A stretch of DNA of 64,000 nt from a bacterium (GTDB lineage: Bacteria > Zhuqueibacterota > Zhuqueibacteria > Residuimicrobiales > Krinioviventaceae). The stretch lies in assembly GCA_963693055.1 (NCBI GenBank), contig OY843751.1, forward strand, positions 1,312,001-1,376,000, in the 5' to 3' direction. The notes below the pieces were generated by a model that saw only the letters and a list, made by a program, of their open reading frames with translations, searched no databases and was not told the origin of the DNA. This document shows, in pieces, positions 56,379-64,000 of the stretch; position 1 is the stretch's first letter; each line of letters starts with the position of its first letter. The position numbers were made by a program, and so were the translations under genes.

Positions 56379-58349
56379 TTATCTCAGGAATATGATTTTT
56401 TGTGTTTGTGTTACGGATTCTGTTTGCAAACGTATTAAATAAGTTCCGCTGGGTGCAGAAATTTCATTATCATTAGTACCGTTCCATTGGATAGAATATT
56501 CACCCGCAGCCTGCTGCTGGTTGACCAGTGTTTTAATTTTTCTTCCCAATACATCAAATACAAAAAGACTTACCTGGCTGTCTATTGCTAAATGATATTC
56601 AAGTCTGGTAGTAGGATTAAATGGATTTGGGTACGCTGCGAATAATTGTGTTTTTGAAGGTACAGCTGACGATTTAATAAATGTTGTTCCGATCTCTTTT
56701 CTGTCTCCGTTGATATTGACTTCAAAAAGTCTGTAACTGTAATCTATTCCTGATTTAATACTGGTATCAATAAAATGATATTGTGATTGGGACGAGATTG
56801 TTCCCTGTCCTGTAAGTGTTGTATTGGATTTATATGAAGCGATCTGCTGCCATGCAGAATCTTTTGATTTGCGTTCAATAATAAATCCGAGATTATCTCT
56901 TTCGCTAGCCGTAACCCACTCTAGTTTTACCACGTTACCTTGGCTGGATGCTGTAAAGGATACCAGTTCCACTGGCAATGATGCATCACCGTTAGATAAA
57001 GCCGCATTGCTGATTGAACCGTCTAGTGCACCTTTGTCTAAGGTCAGACTGCTATTGTTTACAATTACTCCCTGAACCGCACCCGTGGCATTAGATGCAA
57101 TATCACCAGTGAGAAAGAAATAAACGTTACTGGTACTTATTGCGCTGGTGAATCCTGAAAAGGTCACAGAACTACCGTCACTGGGATCGGCTGCAACAGT
57201 CGATCCCAGTTGGGTATCTGATCCGAAAACGGCATCTGCGGATGCCCACAATTTAAGGTTTGATAGACCGGTTCTGGTACCGTTGAGCTGGATTGATAAA
57301 TCAGTTACTGATGCCCCGGTGACATCAGCAGACAGCTGCAAACGGCCCAGAACCTGATCTGAACTCCCCGGCGTAACTGTTGGTGTATAGCTACTGCCGT
57401 CAGTAAAAGTAATTGTAGCATTGGATGTGGTGAAATTTTCCACACCGCCATAAGCATTACCCTGAGTATTGGTTGCATATGCCTGAAAATAATAAGTGGT
57501 TCCGGGTAAAAGAGAACCAATGATTTCATCAAACTCGCCAGTACCACTGCCGTCCGATAACTGGGTGACACCTGCATCTCCAATATAAGGTTTTGTATCT
57601 GTAGCAGAATACACATAACCTCGTTCAGTAATTGAATTACCACCGTCATAGGTAATATTACCTCCCAGTGTAGCAGAGGTTTGAGTGACCGATACTGCAG
57701 CGGTTGTTGTAAGCACCGTTTCTGTGGGAGGCGTTGTACTGCCTTCATAGTAAATGTTTAAATCGTCTACTGCAAAGTCATTGCCATAATTGTCGGATTG
57801 TGCATTAGTTAAGGTAAGCGTTGGCCGTAAAGAAGCCGCTGTAAAAGAACCCGAGAGACGGTTCCAGGTTTGATAATTAGGACACGTAATAGTTCCAATG
57901 ACTTCAGCATCGGCTTTGAATGTCAAAGAGGCGTGGGCTCCATCATTATAAACATCCATAACCCAGGCAGAGAAATCATATGTTTGGCCTAAAATTAAAT
58001 CCTGACTGGGTGTTCCCTGCCATACGACTGTTGAGGTGTTTGCGGATCCATTTGCAATGAACATGAGACCATCGCCAGTAGTATGGTCAGTTCCGCTGAG
58101 CCATGCGCTATGAAAGTCATATGCACTGTATCCTACACTATAGTAACCTTCAGGTCCAAGTTCATTATTAATACCAACCTGGTCTGCAATAAAAGTATAA
58201 CCGCTTGAAAAGCCAGAATTTCCCAATGAAAAATCTCCGTTAACTATTACAATTCTTTCAGCATAAATCATCATTGTTGTACTGAAAATATAGATTGCAA
58301 TTGTCATACAAAAATTGACAGGTGTAATTCTTAATAAATTGTGTTTCAT
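56379..58349 (-). CDS. Secreted multidomain protein (carbohydrate-binding-like + FN3-like) with CTD
   Basis: NGDFS.GN...GNDFAVDD domain, ITERGYVYS FN3-like domain, LPVELVSF, YPNPFNP. Confidence 0.8.
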   Translation of the reverse strand: MKHNLLRITPVNFCMTIAIYIFSTTMMIYAERIVIVNGDFSLGNSGFSSGYTFIADQVGINNELGPEGYYSVGYSAYDFHSAWLSGTDHTTGDGLMFIANGSANTSTVVWQGTPSQDLILGQTYDFSAWVMDVYNDGAHASLTFKADAEVIGTITCPNYQTWNRLSGSFTAASLRPTLTLTNAQSDNYGNDFAVDDLNIYYEGSTTPPTETVLTTTAAVSVTQTSATLGGNITYDGGNSITERGYVYSATDTKPYIGDAGVTQLSDGSGTGEFDEIIGSLLPGTTYYFQAYATNTQGNAYGGVENFTTSNATITFTDGSSYTPTVTPGSSDQVLGRLQLSADVTGASVTDLSIQLNGTRTGLSNLKLWASADAVFGSDTQLGSTVAADPSDGSSVTFSGFTSAISTSNVYFFLTGDIASNATGAVQGVIVNNSSLTLDKGALDGSISNAALSNGDASLPVELVSFTASSQGNVVKLEWVTASERDNLGFIIERKSKDSAWQQIASYKSNTTLTGQGTISSQSQYHFIDTSIKSGIDYSYRLFEVNINGDRKEIGTTFIKSSAVPSKTQLFAAYPNPFNPTTRLEYHLAIDSQVSLFVFDVLGRKIKTLVNQQQAAGEYSIQWNGTNDNEISAPSGTYLIRLQTESVTQTQKIIFLR

Positions 58350-58741
58350 GCTATTTTCTTTCCCTCATTCTTCAAGTCTGGAGCCTGACTTGTTGTGTTG
58401 ATCTTGAAATTTGAACTTGATTGTCATTTTTTAGTCAGGTTGATCTATTCATGACATGTACCCAGAATTCTCCAGCAAGCATCATTCCTTAGATTCTTGC
58501 TGAGAAAAGTACAGCACGGTAGGGCTCAAGTTAGTTCATCCGCAAGAAAAACGGTAAAAATAATATAATGTTTAGCCATTTTTGTTTATACTGTTTTGTA
58601 TTTTTACCCATTGATATAAAAATTATATTAATTTGTTTAAAGTTAAAAAATTTCTATATTTACAACATAATTGTATTTGTTAAAATTGGTAAAACTTTAC
58701 ATTAATGATAAAGATTAAACGGTATTGATAAAATATATGGA

Positions 58742-60484
58742 GTGAATGATTTGGGAAAATTCAGTTTATTAATACAGTTTGTTTTTATGTTTTGTTTTGT
58801 CCTCCTGGGATCCCCAACTGCTCAATCAAACACATTTGATTTTGACGCTCAGATACGTGGTTTGGATACATTGAATATTGAACAATTCCGTTTGGAAATT
58901 GATACATTATATTTTGAACTGGAACGTATCAATGACTATGAAATTAAAAAGGAATATGCCGATCGTCTTTTTGCCATCACTAAGGAGAGGGACGAGTTGG
59001 CTCACATTCGTTCGTTGGTTTATCCGGTAATCTATCCGGATTCTATCAAAGTACTTTATATGAATGAAGCCTTTGAAATTGCGAAAAGATTAAACTCTGT
59101 TAAAGAATTAGCATGGTTGGAGGAAAGGCGTTGTCGTTATTTTATGGGAAAAGCCCAGTATGATTCGGCAATGATAAGCTTATTAATATTGAGAGATGAA
59201 TTCAGTCCCAGCCCTGGCAGTGAAGAATACCTGAATATTGAAAACCTATTGGGAGATATTTACTATAGAACCGGTATGTATGAACAAGCATTGACTGCCT
59301 ACCAAAATATTTATAAAGAGTTTGTAAAGCAGGACAAATGGAATTATTGGCGACCTTTTGTTCTCATGAACAATATGGGTTTAATAGGTATAGTAACATC
59401 TGATTATCAATTAGCAGAAAACTGGTTTAGCAAGTCATTAGAAAAAGCCAGACAATATTTGATGGTTCCTGAAAAAAATAATATCATTGCTTATATTTTG
59501 GTGAAATTAATGCAAGTAAATATCGAAAAGGAAAGCTATGATGTAGCCAGAAATTATTTACAGCAAATATTATCTATACCACAAGATCAATTTTATACTG
59601 ATGTTCACCAGGAACTTTTGTTTTGGAAAAGTATGCTATTGTTAAAAGAGGGGGATGCAGATGGAGCATTGGAACAGGTACAAGCTTTATTAGATTATGG
59701 TAAAAAAAGACAAGCTGCTGTGCGGTTTAAAACTGAAGTTAATTTATTGCTATCTCAAATATACAAAGCGCAAGGTAAACGCCAATTGGCTTTACAGCAT
59801 TTGGAAAAATATACAGTTGTAAATGATTCTTTAATGAAATATAATCACTCTATTCGTTCGTTACTTTTACTGGCAGAAAAAGATCATAAACTTACAAGAG
59901 AAAAGTTGAAAGCTGCCAAACGTCAGGAATTATGGTTGTTTTCATTCATAGCAATTATATTATTAGCCTTGGTGATTGTTGTTCTGTTATACAGGCGTCT
60001 TTATCTGTCAAAATTGAAAATGGTTGATAATGCAATGGAAAAAGAATTAAAAGGTGAAAAACAATCTGTATCAACCCGATTTAATGAGTTGCCAAAAGAT
60101 ACTGAACAGCAAGAGGGCACGTTTCAACTACTTTTCCAGTTGGACGAATTAATAAATGAGAAAAAAATATATCTTGATCCTGATTTGAATATTCAAAAAA
60201 CAGCAGACTATTTATCTACTAATCGAACCTATTTATCTACAGCTATAAATAATACCTACAATATGAACTTTCCTACCTATATTAATCGCTTGCGTATACA
60301 GGAATCTATACACCTGATTGCTGAGGGTTTTACAAAAAATCAGACACTGGAAGCATTGGCATCACAATCCGGCTTTGCCAATCGGGTAGTATTTGTAACA
60401 GCGTTTAAAAAGTATACCGGTGTTACTCCGTCCTTTTTTATCAAGAATTTTGAGCATTATCATGCAAAGCTGGTTGAAAAATAA
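58742..60484 (+). CDS. Membrane-anchored TPR sensor with AraC HTH
   Basis: TPR-like helices, one TM, YLDPDL...TNRTYLS..IN...SGF.NR..F..AFKKYTG.TP. Confidence 0.88.
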   Translation: MNDLGKFSLLIQFVFMFCFVLLGSPTAQSNTFDFDAQIRGLDTLNIEQFRLEIDTLYFELERINDYEIKKEYADRLFAITKERDELAHIRSLVYPVIYPDSIKVLYMNEAFEIAKRLNSVKELAWLEERRCRYFMGKAQYDSAMISLLILRDEFSPSPGSEEYLNIENLLGDIYYRTGMYEQALTAYQNIYKEFVKQDKWNYWRPFVLMNNMGLIGIVTSDYQLAENWFSKSLEKARQYLMVPEKNNIIAYILVKLMQVNIEKESYDVARNYLQQILSIPQDQFYTDVHQELLFWKSMLLLKEGDADGALEQVQALLDYGKKRQAAVRFKTEVNLLLSQIYKAQGKRQLALQHLEKYTVVNDSLMKYNHSIRSLLLLAEKDHKLTREKLKAAKRQELWLFSFIAIILLALVIVVLLYRRLYLSKLKMVDNAMEKELKGEKQSVSTRFNELPKDTEQQEGTFQLLFQLDELINEKKIYLDPDLNIQKTADYLSTNRTYLSTAINNTYNMNFPTYINRLRIQESIHLIAEGFTKNQTLEALASQSGFANRVVFVTAFKKYTGVTPSFFIKNFEHYHAKLVEK

Positions 60485-60521
60485 TAACTATTTTTTCATA
60501 ACAAAATTTATTTTAGAAAAG

Positions 60522-60559
60522 TGTATAGCTCTTTCGGTATTTTCCGAAAGAGCTATACA
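60522..60559. terminator. Bidirectional terminator
   Basis: Perfect 16-bp stem TGTATAGCTCTTTCGG/CCGAAAGAGCTATACA between convergent genes. Confidence 0.8.
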
Positions 60560-60576
60560 AATTTTGTTATAAAATA

Positions 60577-61917
60577 TTATTTGATAAACAATACTTTTTG
60601 TGAATGAGTTGTGTTCCCTGTATTCATCTGAATCAGATAAGTACCGCTTGGGGTAAGCTGACCGCTATCTGTAGAGCCATTCCACTGGACCGAATATTCT
60701 CCTGCAGGCTGTTTTTGGTTAATCAGCTGTTTGATCTGACGACCCAAAACATCATAAACTGTCATGGTAATGTGGTTGTCTTTTGCTAAATTATACTTGA
60801 GCGTTGTGGTTGGATTAAACGGATTTGGATAGGCTGTAAATAATTGTGTGGAAACAGGCACTGTTTCGTTAACAGATGTTGTACCAATAATGTTTATTGT
60901 TCCGGTTATGCTGGCTTCGGTGAGACGATAGATGTAATTCATTCCCGCTGAAGCATTCTTGTCTGTATAAATATATTGCGATGGGGAAGAGGTAGTACCT
61001 TGACCCGTTAATTCCGTATGGGTTTTGTACGAGGCGATCTGCAGCCAATGGGTATCATCGGTTTTACGATCGATAATAAAACCGAGATTATCTCTTTCGC
61101 TGGAAGTGATCCATTCGATATCGATCCCCATTGAGGTAGAAACTGCAGTTAAGGATTGTAAAGCGACAGGCAAACTTCCATCCAGTCCTGTACCTTGTAT
61201 GGAAAAGCTAAAGGAACTTTCGTCTTGATCATCGTTGGATATTGTAATTGTTGCCGAGCGTGTTCCCTGTACAGTAGGATCAAAGGTTACCTGAAAGGTT
61301 GATGAGCTGCCTATACCAATTTCAGAATTGGGATCAAGAGTGACAGAAAAATCACCAGCATGAGTACCGCCAATCTCAACCAGGGGGGCGCCTGTTAATC
61401 CTAATGGCCATACCCCACTGTTAGATATAGTAAAAGAGTGAACTACTGTTTGAGATGTAATATCGGCATCACCAAAGTCTGTATTGTCGGTAAGCGATGG
61501 TAAAGGATCGTTGTTTTTAATGTTTTGTCCATTACCGGATACAGATATTTCTGGCCAAAGTACAGTAACCAGAGGAGTGCCGGTTGCTTCACCCCACAAA
61601 ACCCACCCCGAAGCTGGCGGTTCAGATGGGGGTGCCTCCGGATCTCTATATTCTACGAAATATAAAATATCATCATCATCATTATAGTTGGTATCAATAT
61701 TCCAGTATTCAACGCCGCCGTACCAGTCACAATAGACGTAATTTCCGTCAACGTCCATCCAGTATTTGTAACCATCACTATCTACACCTTGTACACTATA
61801 GGTGCCGTTTACATTTGCAGGAGTAGTGATTCCGGTAATTTTCAAACCCTGACTGTAAACCTTTAAAGTAGTAATTATTACAAATACCAGAAAAATTGTT
61901 TGATTTAATTTTTTCAT
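60577..61917 (-). CDS. Secreted protein with ASH/choice-of-anchor-D Ig-like domain and CTD
   Basis: PEISVSGNG...TDFG...FTISNSG...VTFDPT..G.RSATITI.N.D.DE; LPVAL; YPNPFNP. Confidence 0.83.
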   Translation of the reverse strand: MKKLNQTIFLVFVIITTLKVYSQGLKITGITTPANVNGTYSVQGVDSDGYKYWMDVDGNYVYCDWYGGVEYWNIDTNYNDDDDILYFVEYRDPEAPPSEPPASGWVLWGEATGTPLVTVLWPEISVSGNGQNIKNNDPLPSLTDNTDFGDADITSQTVVHSFTISNSGVWPLGLTGAPLVEIGGTHAGDFSVTLDPNSEIGIGSSSTFQVTFDPTVQGTRSATITISNDDQDESSFSFSIQGTGLDGSLPVALQSLTAVSTSMGIDIEWITSSERDNLGFIIDRKTDDTHWLQIASYKTHTELTGQGTTSSPSQYIYTDKNASAGMNYIYRLTEASITGTINIIGTTSVNETVPVSTQLFTAYPNPFNPTTTLKYNLAKDNHITMTVYDVLGRQIKQLINQKQPAGEYSVQWNGSTDSGQLTPSGTYLIQMNTGNTTHSQKVLFIK

Positions 61918-61944
61918 TTTCTTTCTCTTGTTTACTAATACTTT

Positions 61945-62502
61945 TTAAAATGGATTTTCACCATTTACACAAATATAATATCGAAGTACTAGAACCGGTT
62001 GAATATTGGAATGTGGTTGATTTTCACCGGACGATATAATTACACCTGGGGCCATTGTTGTTGAAGAGATGGAAGGAGAGGAATAGTATTTTAGATCATC
62101 ATACTTTTCATCCATTTCTTTTATTTTTGCAGGATAATTGTTTTCAATTTCCAAGTTGTCTGCATCTTTATTAGAGCAAAATACCGAATGATTATGGGAA
62201 GGTATTTGAGATTTGGTTAAAGTTACTTCACTAGCCCCCCCTGTTTCTCCCAAAGTACGTGCTGTTAGTTTCGCTCGTTTACCCACTCCAACCACTACTC
62301 TGTCTTTCAGGTTCGGAATTGCAAAATTGTTGACCCCATCTCCTCCGAAATGATTTCCAATTATTGCAAATAATTCAGGATATTCTGTAATTTTTAACAG
62401 ACGGCCATCGCAATATTTCCAATTTGTAGTAATAAATTCTCCGTACAGATTGTAGGGGAATGCTTCTATTGTACCCATAAAACTGGTTTCACTGGCCATC
62501 AT
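61945..62502 (-). CDS. Phage tail-collar domain protein (MdpB-like)
   Basis: GTI..F...W..CDG.LL...LFAIIG..FGGDG...FAIPNL; HSNIQP.L...YIC. Confidence 0.88.
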   Translation of the reverse strand: MMASETSFMGTIEAFPYNLYGEFITTNWKYCDGRLLKITEYPELFAIIGNHFGGDGVNNFAIPNLKDRVVVGVGKRAKLTARTLGETGGASEVTLTKSQIPSHNHSVFCSNKDADNLEIENNYPAKIKEMDEKYDDLKYYSSPSISSTTMAPGVIISSGENQPHSNIQPVLVLRYYICVNGENPF

Positions 62503-63058
62503 GTTCTCCTTTGTTTTCAGATTCATGCCTTGGGGGAAAGATACCATTTATACATATAATATAATTTAAACAGAAAAATGGCATCATATTCTCATGACCC
62601 TCGCCATCGCCTGTCATACCAATCATATTTTTTTTCATTAATACATCTTTATCTTTTCTATAAAAATGATATTTGTTAGAACTACTGTTTTGTGCCGGAT
62701 AATTATTTTCAGGATCATTAACCAAACCTGTTCTACCTGGTGTTGTAGTACATTGTAAAAGGTGATTATGTAATGGCATTTGATCTCTTTCCAATATTAT
62801 TTTTTCATATCCACCATGATTCCCAAGATTGAAGTTTGACGATTCTCCTTGACCGGTCCCAACCGGTATACATCCGCGCAAATCCGGCAATGCTATTGTA
62901 GTTCGGCCATCACCCCCAAAATTGTTGCCGATTAGGGCTGCAAGTGCCTTGTGATCTGAAATGGATAATAGTGATCCATCACAAATTGCCCAATTGGTAG
63001 GGATTTTGGGGCCAGCAAAAAGTGCAATTTCTCCCAGAAAACTGTTTAAACCTGCCAT
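62489..63058 (-). CDS. Phage tail-collar domain protein (MdpB-like)
   Basis: GEIALFAG..P.NWAICDG...GGDG...LPDLRG; HENMMP. Confidence 0.9.
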   Translation of the reverse strand: MAGLNSFLGEIALFAGPKIPTNWAICDGSLLSISDHKALAALIGNNFGGDGRTTIALPDLRGCIPVGTGQGESSNFNLGNHGGYEKIILERDQMPLHNHLLQCTTTPGRTGLVNDPENNYPAQNSSSNKYHFYRKDKDVLMKKNMIGMTGDGEGHENMMPFFCLNYIICINGIFPPRHESENKGEHDGQ

Positions 63059-63074
63059 TTTTTATCTCCTGAAT

Positions 63075-63602
63075 TTATTCAACTGGTTCCTGTTCATGAG
63101 GATATGTACCTTCAACACATATGATATAATGCAAAGCCAAAAAAGGCTGCATGTTAGAGTGCCCGTTGATACCACCTTCCTGGCTTATTATCTCATCTCC
63201 CATTGTTTTGTTATCATGTTCTGCGCAATAACATAAAATGTTTTCAAGGTTTGGTTTTGCGAAAATATTGTTTTGGGGCTCGAAAGATTTTGTTGTATCA
63301 CTAACATCACAAAATACAGAGTGGCTATGAGACGGTGTATGATATTTTTGTAGATTAGATTTTTCTTTTCCCAGATAGGTTGCAAGATTATAGTTGCCTT
63401 CTCCCATTACTGCTCTGCCATTTAGGTTAGGTAAAGCAAAATATTCATGACCGTCCCCTCCATATTTTATATGAATAATAGAATACAGTTTTGTGTATTT
63501 TACAATCTTTAGCATATCACCATTACAGAACATCCAGTTCTTGGGTAGATAACTCCCGGCATAAAGTTTAATGGTTCCAATAAAATCATTGTTTTCTTGC
63601 AT
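63075..63602 (-). CDS. Phage tail-collar domain protein (MdpB-like)
   Basis: GTIKLYAG..P.NWMFCNG...YGGDG...FALPNLNGR; HSNMQPFL. Confidence 0.9.
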   Translation of the reverse strand: MQENNDFIGTIKLYAGSYLPKNWMFCNGDMLKIVKYTKLYSIIHIKYGGDGHEYFALPNLNGRAVMGEGNYNLATYLGKEKSNLQKYHTPSHSHSVFCDVSDTTKSFEPQNNIFAKPNLENILCYCAEHDNKTMGDEIISQEGGINGHSNMQPFLALHYIICVEGTYPHEQEPVE

Positions 63603-63917
63603 AAACCCTCCTGTTTGATTTTTGAATTTGGAATTGTCAAACCAGTCCCCTTAATTTTGCCCGGTTTTATTAACAGGAATTGTATTGGAGGGACCAATTT
63701 ATTCATATACAAATGCAACTGAATTGATGTAAAGATATGGAATATATTGATGCCCTAACAAGCACATATGTTTCAAAATGCAGAGATTATGTTGCATTTG
63801 AGATGTTGAAAGGTGATTTTTCGAGAAAAAATTGTATTTTGCGGATAATTGGTTTATGAATTGAAAAACTTTAATTCAGGGTTCTGATAGTATTTAAATT
63901 GTGAATGGTGTGTAAAG

Positions 63918-63949
63918 AAACCTCCCCGGAATCATCGATTCCAGGGAGG
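63918..63949 (-). terminator. Intrinsic terminator
   Basis: CCTCCC.GGAATC/GATTCC.GGGAGG stem after the stop at 63957. Confidence 0.65.
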
Positions 63950-63956
63950 GAGATAG

Positions 63957-64000
63957 TTATTTTAAAAGTTGAATTTTCTGGCTCTGATGGTAACGTGCTG
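63957..64000 (-). CDS. 3' end of another CTD-bearing protein (partial)
   Basis: Minus frame reads ARYHQSQKIQLLK*, matching the QK..(L/F).K* ends of the other CTD proteins; followed by a terminator. Confidence 0.5.
   Translation of the reverse strand, partial: ARYHQSQKIQLLK

Noticed and set aside
61945-63602. Prophage
   Set aside because: Only tail-collar domains are present; no capsid, terminase, integrase or other tail genes in the window.
551-63718. Many short antisense or alternate-frame ORFs in the ORF track (e.g. 14666-15130, 48988-49539, 57305-57748)
   Set aside because: They overlap well-supported genes and show no recognisable motifs; treated as shadow ORFs.

Overview
Bacterial chromosomal window, probably from an FCB-group organism (inferred from the many secreted proteins with an LPVEL...YPNPFNP T9SS/FlgD-type C-terminal domain). 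1-15 kb is housekeeping-like: 3' end of polA, an anti-sigma kinase/STAS pair, an Mla/Mce ABC operon, a hybrid PAS kinase, a TetR-TolC-HlyD-ABC efflux operon and mutM. 15-64 kb is accessory: a caspase-like gene split by an IS481 element, an orphan HigA, two-component and AraC regulators, IS4 and IS5 elements with clear TIRs and TSDs, a large set of modular secreted proteins (GLUG, FG-GAP, LamG, pectinesterase) and three tail-collar genes. Best candidate for an undescribed system: two adjacent, divergent ~1.85-kb units (34337-36168 and 36264-38138). Each carries a pair of DUF1670-like genes and is bounded by its own inverted repeats centred on a palindromic core. Both share an A9 slippery run that would fuse the two genes in the +1 frame, an internal copy of the terminal motif over the first gene's start, and a downstream stem-loop. 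They look like a transposase-less, site-specific mobile element family. Second candidate: a duplicated two-gene module of a dockerin-like cargo protein plus a cohesin-like protein carrying the C-terminal sorting domain. All family assignments come from motif recognition by eye, not from database searches.
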